A model generated the notes under the pieces. It did no database searches. It was not told the origin of the DNA and was given only the letters and a program-made list of their open reading frames with translations. Of a stretch of 64,000 bases of DNA, positions 30,830 to 40,661 are shown piece after piece. Every line of letters begins with the position of its first letter. Position 1 is the stretch's first letter. The stretch is taken from assembly GCA_013329055.1 (NCBI GenBank), contig DUKY01000007.1:51146-115145 (forward strand), read 5' to 3'. The DNA comes from Nanobdellota archaeon (lineage in GTDB: Archaea; Nanobdellota; Nanobdellia; Pacearchaeales; GW2011-AR1). Made by a program: the position numbers and the translations under genes.

Positions 30830-31265
30830 GATTAATTTAGTTAAATCTAAGAAAAATGAATTAAAAGAAATTTCAAAGATTTATATGGAAGCGTTTTCTA
30901 AACCCCCTTATGAAGAAATTTGGACTTTAAAAAAAGCTTCAAATAAAATAAAATTTTTTTATGAATTCTATGATTTATATTCGATAAAAGCAGATAAAAA
31001 ATTAGTTGGTTTTGCAGTAATTAATCCTAATTTTATGTGCCCCGGGGAGGTTGCTTTTGGAGAAGAAATTGCGATTAAAGAAAATTTTCAAGGAAAGGGG
31101 ATTGGAACAATTGTGAATAAAAAACTTTTTGAAATTTATAAGAAAAAAGGCTATGGATCATTTATGATTATTGCACATAAAAAATCTAAAGCAGTTAAAT
31201 TATATAAAAGACTGGGGATTAATATATCTAAAGAAGGAATACTCATGGAGAAAGAACTAAAATGA
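30825..31265 (+). CDS. GNAT family acetyltransferase
   Basis: FQGKGIGT motif A; AVKLYKRLG. Confidence 0.88.
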   Translation: MKINLVKSKKNELKEISKIYMEAFSKPPYEEIWTLKKASNKIKFFYEFYDLYSIKADKKLVGFAVINPNFMCPGEVAFGEEIAIKENFQGKGIGTIVNKKLFEIYKKKGYGSFMIIAHKKSKAVKLYKRLGINISKEGILMEKELK

Positions 31266-31266
31266 A
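31246..31266 (+). repeat. 21-bp direct repeat, copy 2 (GNAT/hisS junction)
   Basis: Identical to 30809-30829. Confidence 0.88.
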
Positions 31267-32419
31267 TACCGATACAATAAAAGGTTTTGATGATTATGTC
31301 GGGGAATTAGCTACTAAGAGAGCGGTTATTCAGGAAATCGTCAGGCAAAATTTTGAACGGTTTGGTTTTAATCCTACAGAGACTCCGATTATAGAGTCAG
31401 AAGAATTTGTTAGAGGAGAAAATCCAAATGATGAGGCAGTTTCAGATATTTTTAAACTTAAAGATAAAGGGAACAGAAAATTGGCTTTGCGTTATGAATT
31501 AACTTTTCCATTAAAACGTATTGCAAAAAATAAAAAATTGCCGTTTAAAAGATATCAAATTGGCCCGGTTTTTAGGGATGAACCAATAAAAGGAAATCGT
31601 GGCAGGCAGTTTATTTCTTGTGATGTTGATATTGTTGGTTCAACAATTAAAGATGATGCAGAGATTCTTTCATTAGTAAGTAATATTTTAAAAAGTCTAA
31701 AGATTGAAGGTGTGATTTATATTAATAACAGAAAACTTCTTAATGAAATTTTAAATACAGAAAAGATAGATAAAAAATATTTTGAGGAAGTGATTAGAGA
31801 GATAGATAAATTAGATAAACTTTCTTCTAAAGAAGTTTATGATAATTTAAAGAAATATAATGCTGAAAATTTATTAAAAATTTTTAATAAGGAAGAAAAA
31901 TATTTTGAGAGATATGAATCATACAATGAGATTAAAGAATTAAGAGAGTATTGCAATAATTATTCTGTAAAATTTGAATTTATGCCCAGCCTTGCAAGAG
32001 GTTTAAGTTATTATACCGGAACAGTTTTTGAGATTAAAACAAAGAATATTAAAGAGACTATTTTTGGAGGGGGAAGTTATAATTTTGATGGAATTCAGGG
32101 AGTCGGTTTTGGAGTTTCTATTGAAAGATTAGAATTAGTTACAAATTTACAAATTGAACTTGAAAAATATTTAATTGTTTCTTTGAATGAAGATAAAAAA
32201 GCAATTAAACTTGCAAATCAATTGAGAGAACAAGGAAAAAATGTTTCAATTTTTTATGGCAAACCGTCTAAAGCATTAGATTATGCAAATTCTTACAAGA
32301 TACAGAAAGTTATTTTTGTCGGAAAAAAAGAAGTTGAAAAAAAACAAATGATTGTGAAAGATATGAAAACAGGAAAACAAATAATTTTTAAAATTAAAGA
32401 AAGTTCTAAATTAAAATGA
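31262..32419 (+). CDS. hisS: Histidyl-tRNA synthetase
   Basis: LALRYELT, motif 2 FRDE..RQF, LARGLSYYTG, GVGFGVSIERL, anticodon-binding domain. Confidence 0.93.
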   Translation: MNTDTIKGFDDYVGELATKRAVIQEIVRQNFERFGFNPTETPIIESEEFVRGENPNDEAVSDIFKLKDKGNRKLALRYELTFPLKRIAKNKKLPFKRYQIGPVFRDEPIKGNRGRQFISCDVDIVGSTIKDDAEILSLVSNILKSLKIEGVIYINNRKLLNEILNTEKIDKKYFEEVIREIDKLDKLSSKEVYDNLKKYNAENLLKIFNKEEKYFERYESYNEIKELREYCNNYSVKFEFMPSLARGLSYYTGTVFEIKTKNIKETIFGGGSYNFDGIQGVGFGVSIERLELVTNLQIELEKYLIVSLNEDKKAIKLANQLREQGKNVSIFYGKPSKALDYANSYKIQKVIFVGKKEVEKKQMIVKDMKTGKQIIFKIKESSKLK

Positions 32420-33393
32420 ATAATTCTCACGAAAAGAGTTCTATAAATGAGCATATAATTCATAAAATCCCGATTATAGACGAGGATTCGACAATAAAAG
32501 ATGCTCTTTTAATGCTAGAAAAAATCAGCAATAAATATGATAGCGTTGACAATATTTTTGTTTTAGATCAAAAAGATAATCTTATTGGATTATTTGATAT
32601 TCAAGAATTATTTAACAAGCCAAAAAATACTCTTATCAAAAAAATTATGCAAAAAAAGATCATCACTGTTTCATTAGATACAGAAATAGAAAAAGTTGCA
32701 CATATTGCATTAAAACATAATTTAAAACAAATACCAGTTACAAGATCACGAAAACTTATTGGAGTTGTTGCAACAAAAGATATTTTGTCTACGATAAACA
32801 AATCATTAAAGAGGGATATTTTTCATTTTGCGGGAATACATAAATCTCATTTAGATTTTGAAAATAGTATGGAAATTCCATTATTTAAAGCAGTAAAAAA
32901 TAGATTATTGTGGATAATTCTTGGTCTTATGGGAGCAATAATTATGGCATTATATATTGGGCTTTTTGAAGAAACTTTAAGGAAGTATATGATTATAGCA
33001 TCTTTTGTTCCTGCAATTGTATATATTAGTGATGCTTTGGGAACTCAATTTCAAACAGTATTTGTAAGAGATTTAGCAATCTTAGGTAAAGAACTTAATA
33101 TTAAAAAATATTTTTTAAAACAAATGGTTATTGGTTTTGTAATTGCATGTATCATAAGTATTCTTATGTTTTGTTCTATTTTTTTAATTTGGAAAATCCC
33201 TCATATTGCTTTTATAATCTCTTTAGCATCTTTTATTACACTTATTGCTACAAGTTTTTTTGCTCTTTTAATTACATTATTGATTAAAAAATTTAAATGG
33301 GATCCAGCAATGGGTAGCGGACCGATTGCGACAATTATTTCAGATATGACTTCAATAGTTATTTATTTTATTATTGTTGTTTTGTTTATTTAG
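32416..33393 (+). CDS. MgtE-like magnesium transporter (CBS pair + TM domain)
   Basis: CBS domains, RLLW, GTQ, DPAMGSGP..T.ISD. Confidence 0.88.
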   Translation: MNNSHEKSSINEHIIHKIPIIDEDSTIKDALLMLEKISNKYDSVDNIFVLDQKDNLIGLFDIQELFNKPKNTLIKKIMQKKIITVSLDTEIEKVAHIALKHNLKQIPVTRSRKLIGVVATKDILSTINKSLKRDIFHFAGIHKSHLDFENSMEIPLFKAVKNRLLWIILGLMGAIIMALYIGLFEETLRKYMIIASFVPAIVYISDALGTQFQTVFVRDLAILGKELNIKKYFLKQMVIGFVIACIISILMFCSIFLIWKIPHIAFIISLASFITLIATSFFALLITLLIKKFKWDPAMGSGPIATIISDMTSIVIYFIIVVLFI

Positions 33394-33421
33394 AAAAAAT
33401 TCTTAATAAAGAATAAGAATA

Positions 33422-34068
33422 CTATTTTGCTTTTTGTGCCGGAGACATATCAGGATATTTTCTAATAAGTTTTATTCCTTCTTTTATATATTCATCAAAG
33501 TTTTTCTTTTTTAGAAAAATTGTTTTAAGTTTATTTTGAATTTCAACAATCTGAGGGTAATTGTGATTAGTATAATATTCTGTGTTCCATGGCCACCATT
33601 TTTTTACATCTTTTGTTAAAGAGGTTAAAGCAAAGGCAGCAATTTCTGCAAGAGCCCAAACTTGTCCGTCTTTCAATCCTTCATCTTTGTAATACCTTTT
33701 ATAAATTTCAAAATAATGCGAAAGAATTAATTCGTGAGCAGTAATTCTTCTCATGTAATAAGAATTTTCTTTCCAATGTCTGACAATTTTTGGAGAAGTC
33801 CCAAAATTAGAAATTCCAGGATGAATAACTGAAACAACACATTCATATTTTGGATAAAACCATTTATATCCTGTTTCTTTTTCAATATAGTCTGAAAATT
33901 CTTTATTTATTTCATTCCAAGATTTTTGATAAAGATCTTTTGTTAGTTCTAAAAATGGCAAAGAAGTTTTATATGTAGCATCAATTTTTTTGAACACTTC
34001 GTTTGAAAAACCAAAATCTTTAGCCATTCTTTTATCATATTTTTTATCGATTGTAAATTCAAGTTTCA
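33422..34068 (-). CDS. Hypothetical protein with HE motif, possible metallopeptidase (ORF track start 34117; ATG 34068 preferred)
   Basis: ITAHELILSH ... LAEIAA. Confidence 0.6.
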
Positions 34069-34174
34069 TAAAAGGTAATAGAAAAGTAAACCTATAAACT
34101 TTTTGATAGTAAACCAATAAAATATTCTAAAAGATTTATACATAAATTTATAATTAGATACTCTATTTAACTCA

Positions 34175-34594
34175 ATGCAAGATGTTAACAAAGTAGCTAA
34201 CGAGGCCAGAAAATCTCTAAGTAAATATTGCATGGAAGAATGCAAATCATATTGTTGCAGAAAAGGGTATATTATTTTAAAACCAACAGAGTTGGATTTA
34301 GTCATTGGAGATAAAAAAGATAAATTAATGGAAGAAGAATCATTAAGAGAATTATCTTTCTCTGGAAAATATTCATTTAATCTATCAAATTCATTTGGGA
34401 GTTGCACACAATTAAAAGATGAAAAATGTTTGATTCATCAAAATGTTAACAGACCAAGTGTTTGCAAGGAATTCCCAATTTTTATAACAGGAAAGATAAT
34501 TAGAATATCTCCAAGATGTTATGGGCATAAAGCAGGATTGCTATATCCTTTTATAAAAAAATTTAAAGAATTAGGTTATGATGTTGAGGAATAA
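34175..34594 (+). CDS. YkgJ family cysteine-cluster protein
   Basis: C...C...CC ... C..L....C.IH....RP..C..FP. Confidence 0.85.
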   Translation: MQDVNKVANEARKSLSKYCMEECKSYCCRKGYIILKPTELDLVIGDKKDKLMEEESLRELSFSGKYSFNLSNSFGSCTQLKDEKCLIHQNVNRPSVCKEFPIFITGKIIRISPRCYGHKAGLLYPFIKKFKELGYDVEE

Positions 34595-34674
34595 ATTCCC
34601 GCAGGAAATTTTTATGATTTTACTCTAGATACATCTTTTTAGGCTCACCATATTTTGACTCATATGCACAGCAT

Positions 34675-34800
34675 CTACAATAAGTTTCTGTTTTGTCTTT
34701 CAAAAGATTTAGGCACATATCCGCAATTTGATTTTGCAATCGATTTTTCAAGTTGGTTAACAAATTCTTTATAATCTTTACAATCTTTTCTGCATTTCAT
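34675..34800 (-). CDS. Small Cys-containing ORF (41 aa), possibly a frameshifted gene extending to 34620
   Basis: MKCRKDCKDYKEFVNQLEKSIAKSNCGYVPKSFERQNRNLL; an overlapping frame continues ..YCRCCAYESKYGEPKKMYLE-stop. Confidence 0.35.
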   Translation of the reverse strand: MKCRKDCKDYKEFVNQLEKSIAKSNCGYVPKSFERQNRNLL

Positions 34801-34850
34801 ATTTTTTTTATAAAATCAAACTTTAAAAAAATTCCCCTAAATTAAAATAT

Positions 34851-35963
34851 TCAAGGTATTATCTCAGGTCCAAAATATTTTTCATAATCAAAATCTTTTT
34901 GAGAGATTATTTTTTTATCAATTAATTTTTTTATTTCCGGCAAAGCAGATTGCAATTCACTAATTAAATGCTTAATTGATCTACAAACTAATTTGTCTCC
35001 GGTTTTAGGCCAAAGTTTTGCTTTTCTCCAATACATGCATCTTCCTCCGCAAATATCTTTTACATCACAAGAATCACATTCATTAACTAAAATCTTTTTT
35101 AATTTATTTGGTGAATCTTCGATTGTTCCGCAAACAAAGTCTTCGATATTATTCATTATCGGACAAGCAGAGATTTTGCCGTTAGTGGTTATTGCATAAC
35201 CTGAATGACCTGCTCCACAACGAATTAAAGTTTTTTCTTTTTTAAGCAAACTTTCAATAATTCCTAAGAAAGGATAAAGTTTCAATACTTTTCCTTCTTT
35301 CATTCTTTCAATCCAATATTTAATTAATTTTGAAGTTGATTCATTAACTTTATTTATAAAATTTGTAATTTTCTCTTTGTTAAAATCTTCCTTATAAAAA
35401 CCAATATCTAATTGCCAATGTATTGAATCAAAACCTGCGTTTATTAAATTTAAAACCTGTTCATAAATGTCAGGACAATCCTGAGCGATAGTCATTCTTG
35501 CAATTAACTCTCCGTTATATCCGTTTTTTTTCATTAAAGAAATATTTTGCATTATTTTATCATAAGTTCCTTTACCACGGTTAGAATCTGTCCTTTCTTT
35601 ATCGCCGTCTAATGAAATTAAGATTTTTGTAATTTTATTTAAATATTCTTTTGGTAAAAGGTTTAATAATTGACCGTTAGTTTGCATACGATATTTTAAG
35701 TTTAAATTTTTTAGATAATCCATTATTTCAATAATTTTATTTTTTTGCAGTAATGGTTCTCCTCCATAGAAAATTAATACGGGATTAGAATCTTTTTCTA
35801 AAAACTTTTTTAATTTTTCTAAATCAATATCTAAATCACAGGGTGCAGAAAAATCAAATTTGAATCTTTTTTCTAATCCATTCTCAAACTCTTGCATTGA
35901 TTTTTCATAGCAATATCTGCATTGCAGATTACATTTTTCTGTTAGGATAATGTGATAGTGCAT
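34851..35963 (-). CDS. Radical SAM/SPASM protein (AF0577/TIGR04084-like)
   Basis: CNLQCRYC, FYGGEPL, SPASM CxxCx5Cx3C, C-terminal GPEIIP. Confidence 0.85.
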   Translation of the reverse strand: MHYHIILTEKCNLQCRYCYEKSMQEFENGLEKRFKFDFSAPCDLDIDLEKLKKFLEKDSNPVLIFYGGEPLLQKNKIIEIMDYLKNLNLKYRMQTNGQLLNLLPKEYLNKITKILISLDGDKERTDSNRGKGTYDKIMQNISLMKKNGYNGELIARMTIAQDCPDIYEQVLNLINAGFDSIHWQLDIGFYKEDFNKEKITNFINKVNESTSKLIKYWIERMKEGKVLKLYPFLGIIESLLKKEKTLIRCGAGHSGYAITTNGKISACPIMNNIEDFVCGTIEDSPNKLKKILVNECDSCDVKDICGGRCMYWRKAKLWPKTGDKLVCRSIKHLISELQSALPEIKKLIDKKIISQKDFDYEKYFGPEIIP

Positions 35964-35964
35964 T

Positions 35965-36507
35965 TTAAAATTTACAAAAGTTTTTTATTAATTCAGGATT
36001 TTTTACTTCCGGATGAAAGGATATTCCATAAATCTCTTTAGATTTATGTTTAATAATTGCATTATCAATATCTGTTTTGCCTAAAATTTCAAAATTATGC
36101 AATTCTTTTAATGACATATTATGCACAAAATATGCTTCGAAAGATTTTGGAAGGTTGAAAAAATCTGATTTTAATTTTACTTCTTTTAATCCGATTTCCT
36201 GGTTAAATTTTGGCTTTGCACCGAATACAAAACCGACTATATGCATACCTGCACATATTCCCAGAATTGGTTGATTAATATTTTTTATCCATTCAAATTT
36301 ATCCCCTGAGTGAAGATATTCAAAATCTTTTAGTGACGTTCCTGGAATAATTATTTTATCATAATTGTTTAAATTATCCTGTGAAAAATTTTTATAATTA
36401 ATTGTTGAAAATTGAATTTCATTTTTTAGTAAAATCTTTTCAATAGGTTTTACAAATTCTAATTCATGTAATTTTTCCTTGCATGTTGAAATAATTAATA
36501 TTTTCAT
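35965..36507 (-). CDS. Type 1 glutamine amidotransferase (GuaA-A-like)
   Basis: PILGICAGMH, FHPEV. Confidence 0.87.
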   Translation of the reverse strand: MKILIISTCKEKLHELEFVKPIEKILLKNEIQFSTINYKNFSQDNLNNYDKIIIPGTSLKDFEYLHSGDKFEWIKNINQPILGICAGMHIVGFVFGAKPKFNQEIGLKEVKLKSDFFNLPKSFEAYFVHNMSLKELHNFEILGKTDIDNAIIKHKSKEIYGISFHPEVKNPELIKNFCKF

Positions 36508-37172
36508 TCTACATCTATTTCCATTCTCCAGGAATTTTTTTCTCCGGAAATTTTTTTGTCAGTTATATTTAAGGATTTTTTAAATAACGGGCAATTCAAA
36601 GTAAATGTTTCAAATTCTCCTCCTTCTCCGGCAGGGTGAATTTGATATTTTTGATTTAATTTTTTTACTTTATCAATAAATTCTTCGTTAATTTCTTTTC
36701 CTAACCATGATTCATCCAAAGGATAAGCAAATACCCCGACGATAATTACTTTAAATTTTAGGTTAATGATTTCATGCAAATATTCAAATTCATCTTTTTG
36801 CCATAATGGATTAAAGCATTCTAAATCCAGTTCATTACAAATTTTCTGAATTCTTGATGCCTGATAAATAGATTGCAGAGCACCGGTAACAATCCCTCCT
36901 ATGTGATATTCGTCTTTTGCTTTTTTTATTGCTTTTTTCAAATCTTTCAGTTCAATTTCTTTTTTTCCTTTAGTTTTTTGAATAATTAACGGAATTTGCA
37001 TTACTTCTGCCTGTTTTTTAGTCTTTTCAATTGAAGGCGTATGAAACATATAACTTTCTTTATTTTCAGATACGATTGAAATTAAGCATGACAATTCATG
37101 ACCTGCTTCTTTTGCTAAATAAGAAGCCATACATGAATCTTTTCCTCCGGAAAATAATACTGCAACTTTCAT
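36504..37172 (-). CDS. dph6: Diphthine--ammonia ligase
   Basis: FSGGKDS, SYMFH, PLW, GEGGEFET. Confidence 0.88.
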   Translation of the reverse strand: MKVAVLFSGGKDSCMASYLAKEAGHELSCLISIVSENKESYMFHTPSIEKTKKQAEVMQIPLIIQKTKGKKEIELKDLKKAIKKAKDEYHIGGIVTGALQSIYQASRIQKICNELDLECFNPLWQKDEFEYLHEIINLKFKVIIVGVFAYPLDESWLGKEINEEFIDKVKKLNQKYQIHPAGEGGEFETFTLNCPLFKKSLNITDKKISGEKNSWRMEIDVE

Positions 37173-37242
37173 GGAAAATCAAATAAAAAATAGTTTTTAA
37201 GTTTTACATAAAATTTAAATTCTTTATTTACAACATTATTTT

Positions 37243-37749
37243 ATGGCAAAATATGATTTTAAAACAAAAGAAGAAAAGTGCATATTTTGTGAGATTACAA
37301 AAAAGAATATTAAACCTTTAGGAGAAGGACTTTTTTATGAAGATAAAGAATACATGGCATTTTTATCTCCTTTCCCGAATACAAAAGGTTTTTCAATTGT
37401 TATTCCAAAAAAACATTTTGATGGTGATGTTTTGAAGATGCCAGATAAAGAACTAAATAAATTTATACTAACATCAAAAAAAGTTGCAAATATTTTATTA
37501 AATTATTTTGAAGATGTTGGAAGAATTGGGCTGATAATGGAAGGAACAGGAATTGATCACGCACATATTAAACTTTTCCCAATGCATAATACCCCCGAAT
37601 TAAAAAGAGGAGAATTTAAACAATTTAATAGTTCAAATAACAAATATTTTGAAACTTACGAAGGATATATTTCTTCGCATGACAGTTTAAAAGCTGATGA
37701 AAAAGAACTTCAAAAACTTGCTAAAAGATTACAGGAATCTCAAAGATAA
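37243..37749 (+). CDS. HIT family protein
   Basis: CIFC, PFPNTKG..IVIPKKH, HAHIKLFP. Confidence 0.87.
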   Translation: MAKYDFKTKEEKCIFCEITKKNIKPLGEGLFYEDKEYMAFLSPFPNTKGFSIVIPKKHFDGDVLKMPDKELNKFILTSKKVANILLNYFEDVGRIGLIMEGTGIDHAHIKLFPMHNTPELKRGEFKQFNSSNNKYFETYEGYISSHDSLKADEKELQKLAKRLQESQR

Positions 37750-38646
37750 TTATTTTTTTTCTTCAACTTCTTCTTCAATAACAAATTCTTCGTCAATCAT
37801 ATCTTTCATTTTAGCTAATTCTTCAAGGTCTTCAATTTCCTCTTCCATTTCTTTTTTTAGGTCTGCAAAAGGGTCAGGATTATGTTTTAGGTATGTTTCT
37901 TTTAACCAAATATCGATTTCTTTAAAGTGACCTTCTTGTTCAAGCCAAATTTTTTTTTGATTCTCTAAATGCAATAAGGGGTAAAATGAAACAGCCCTCT
38001 CTTCTTTACTTTCTCCAATTAATTGGGTGAAGGTTATTTTTTTAATTTTTTCTTCATTTTTAAGCTGTTCAAATAATTTATCGTAAATTTCTTTAATTTT
38101 ATCTTTAATGCTAAAATTTCTTTTAGGCATTGAATAAGAGGACATTCTTAATGCATTTTTATCGATTATTATTTTCTTGATTCTTCGATTTTCAGTGACT
38201 ATTGCCTTATTTAATGATTCAATTAACTCATTTAATGTGACTTTCTTGAATCGGGGCATTGGACTTCGTGGGATTAATTCAGGAATTTCTTCATTAAATT
38301 CAATTCTTTCAAAAGCAATCTTTGATCCTGTTTCTTTTTTTCCAAATAAAATTTCGTCAATACTTTTTACATATTTATTCAATAATATTTCAGATTTAAT
38401 TCTTAGCAATAACGCTGCGGCCAAAAGGACTTTACTTGAAATGAAAAAATTAGTTTCTTCAATTTGCCTGATTTTTTCTAAGAATTTATCAGTTAGAAGT
38501 ACTATGTTTATGTCCCAAGGATCTAATTGTTCAGTATTAATTAAATCATAAATGATGTCTTTCCAACCTATTTCTCGATTAAACAAAATATCATGTATTT
38601 GTTCTTGCTGGATTTTTTTATGCAGATTTATGTCCTCTTTTTCCAT
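37750..38646 (-). CDS. scpA: Segregation/condensation protein A (kleisin)
   Basis: LDPWDINI, AAALLLRIKS, VTLNELI, LLHLE...WLEQ. Confidence 0.9.
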   Translation of the reverse strand: MEKEDINLHKKIQQEQIHDILFNREIGWKDIIYDLINTEQLDPWDINIVLLTDKFLEKIRQIEETNFFISSKVLLAAALLLRIKSEILLNKYVKSIDEILFGKKETGSKIAFERIEFNEEIPELIPRSPMPRFKKVTLNELIESLNKAIVTENRRIKKIIIDKNALRMSSYSMPKRNFSIKDKIKEIYDKLFEQLKNEEKIKKITFTQLIGESKEERAVSFYPLLHLENQKKIWLEQEGHFKEIDIWLKETYLKHNPDPFADLKKEMEEEIEDLEELAKMKDMIDEEFVIEEEVEEKK

Positions 38647-38865
38647 TATTTTTAAAGCAAAAATGCTTTTATTACCTTTTTGGTTTAATGTTTACAAGGG
38701 TTTGCGAGTCCAAAAAGGGAATTAGAAATTTTTCTGTTTTTGTTATAATTTGTTAATTCTGTAGCAACCTTTTAAAAACTCAAATTTTCGCTGTCATTTT
38801 ACAAGGGTAACAAAACCGAAAGGTTTAAATAATCCAAAGGCATGAGTATATTATCACCTCTTTTT

Positions 38866-38919
38866 ACCCAGGAGGAGCTTCAGATCAACTATTTTTTTGG
38901 TTTGGAGAACCTCCTAGGT
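38866..38919 (+). ncRNA. Candidate small structured RNA or intergenic stem-loop
   Basis: ACCCAGGAGG-AG-CTTCAGATCAA..TTGGTTTGGAG-AA-CCTCCTAGGT downstream of BRE/TATA CGAAAGGTTTAAATA (38817-38831). Confidence 0.4.
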
Positions 38920-39003
38920 TTTATAATCTTTAAAGATTAATTTTAATATAAGACCTAAGATTGAGCAAATAACTCAAAGGCAATTAATAATTTTATTGAT
39001 AAA

Positions 39004-39477
39004 TTAAAAGGGGGGCAAATTATCAAGTTTTGTTTTAGCTCTAACTCTTTCATCTGGATTTGGGGAACTGCAAGAGATTTTTACCAATTCTAAATATTCT
39101 TTTTCTTCTCTTTGTACATCCTGATCTCTCTTTTTTGCAAAATTATATGCTTCTCTTACAAGATTTGCTATATCTTTTCGGTTATGAAGAATTTTTTTTG
39201 CAAATCGGGTAATTGCAAATTCTGCACATTCGTTCATTCTTTCAGATTTAATTGTATAACTTAGAAATTTAGGATGAAAATGTAGGATTTCATGTGCAAT
39301 TGTTAAAACTTGTTGTTTTATAGGATATGAATCACTAATATAAATTGTATCTTTCGAAATATAACCATAATTACGGTTATCCTGATAAAAGAAAATTTTA
39401 TGAGTATCAAGAGATGTTTTAAATAATTTAAACAAATAATCTAATGACATATTAGAACTATCCTTTGTATTATCCAT
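39004..39477 (-). CDS. Hypothetical protein with HExxH (zincin-like) motif
   Basis: TIAHEILH ... E downstream. Confidence 0.6.
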   Translation of the reverse strand: MDNTKDSSNMSLDYLFKLFKTSLDTHKIFFYQDNRNYGYISKDTIYISDSYPIKQQVLTIAHEILHFHPKFLSYTIKSERMNECAEFAITRFAKKILHNRKDIANLVREAYNFAKKRDQDVQREEKEYLELVKISCSSPNPDERVRAKTKLDNLPPF

Positions 39478-39553
39478 ATGTATTACCTTTTAGTTAATAA
39501 AATATATAAATATTAGAAAAAAATTTTAAGTTAAAGATTAGCATAACAAAAAC

Positions 39554-39904
39554 CTATGATCTTTTTAAAGATCTTAATTCTAAAAGCTCATGATGATAAT
39601 CATCACATAAGTCAAGATGACCAATTATCTTTGAAAGAATATATTTTTCTTCTTTTTTATCAAATTCTCTAAAAGAGTTAGATTTAGAGGGTATACAATC
39701 CAGAAGAGATCTTGATTCTGTTAAATGCCTCTGTTGCAAAATTTGATATAATAGCATTTCTTGATTTATATTTAAAGGTCCAAGATTATTAATAAATTCT
39801 TTATCTTTTCTTAAAAGACTTTCATATGCTTCTTTAGCATCTTTAATTTCATGAATATATCTGCTATCTTTTGCAAGTTGTTCATATATTTCTTTAGTTC
39901 TCAT
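39554..39904 (-). CDS. Hypothetical protein
   Basis: 116-aa ORF, co-oriented with neighbours. Confidence 0.55.
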   Translation of the reverse strand: MRTKEIYEQLAKDSRYIHEIKDAKEAYESLLRKDKEFINNLGPLNINQEMLLYQILQQRHLTESRSLLDCIPSKSNSFREFDKKEEKYILSKIIGHLDLCDDYHHELLELRSLKRS

Positions 39905-39930
39905 TTTAAAAATTATTCTTATTTAACAGA

Positions 39931-40155
39931 TTATTTACTTTCAGGAGCAACCTTTTTGCTCATAAATTCCGAATAATGACATTTTCCGCAGTAAAGTCTT
40001 CCTTGTGAATTCATTAAAAATACTCCTGGTCCACATCTTGGACAGAATTTTTCTTTTGTAATTTTATTTCCTTCAATTTTATATTTAGTATATTTTTTAC
40101 TTGTAGGTTTATTCTTATGCGGTTTCTTTCCCTTCTTGATTACTTTTTTTGCCAT
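39931..40155 (-). CDS. rps27ae: 30S ribosomal protein S27ae
   Basis: FCPRCGPGVFL...YCGKCHYSE. Confidence 0.93.
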   Translation of the reverse strand: MAKKVIKKGKKPHKNKPTSKKYTKYKIEGNKITKEKFCPRCGPGVFLMNSQGRLYCGKCHYSEFMSKKVAPESK

Positions 40156-40156
40156 T

Positions 40157-40489
40157 TTATTCTGTTTTTTCCTCTACTTTTTCTGGATTTTGAGCTTTTT
40201 CTTCTTCAATTTCTCTTTTTTTCTTTAGTTCTACTTTGTTTTTTTCTTCTTTTGAAGGATAAATATTTGCATAGATAGTAAATGTTTTTGAACCAAATTT
40301 TCCAAGAATATTTTTTATTTTAATTGCATTTTCTTCAACTGAAAATTTTTCAGCAATTGATTTTTTAATATCTTTATGATTTGGAACAATCTCAGCATCA
40401 ACAGTTAATTGCAATTCTCTTCTTGCAAATAATGGATTTTTAGTTTCTTTAATAATATTCATTTTCATTTTATCTTGTTTTAATAGCAA
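40157..40489 (-). CDS. rps24e: 30S ribosomal protein S24e (start probably a few codons downstream)
   Basis: KNPLFARRE, GKFGS, ANIY; conserved position between spt4 and S27ae. Confidence 0.88.
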   Translation of the reverse strand: MLLKQDKMKMNIIKETKNPLFARRELQLTVDAEIVPNHKDIKKSIAEKFSVEENAIKIKNILGKFGSKTFTIYANIYPSKEEKNKVELKKKREIEEEKAQNPEKVEEKTE

Positions 40490-40661
40490 AATTTCCTTTA
40501 TTTTTTAAATGTAGTCTTTGTGCAACTTCAGATTTCTCAGGATTAAGTATTACAATTCTTCCTTTAAATCCTTCAGTATTTTCTCGTGAATCACAAGCAG
40601 GACATTTTTCTCCTTCTTCGAAAATTGTATTGCAGATTTTACATGCTTTTGGTTTTGCCAT
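40470..40661 (-). CDS. spt4: Transcription elongation factor Spt4 (RpoE'')
   Basis: KACKIC..CPAC..G.IVILNPEKSEVA. Confidence 0.92.
   Translation of the reverse strand: MAKPKACKICNTIFEEGEKCPACDSRENTEGFKGRIVILNPEKSEVAQRLHLKNKGNFAIKTR

Noticed and set aside
33400-34900. Switch from mostly + to mostly - gene orientation as a replication terminus
   Set aside because: There are many exceptions, skew cannot be computed here, and no dif-like site was recognised.
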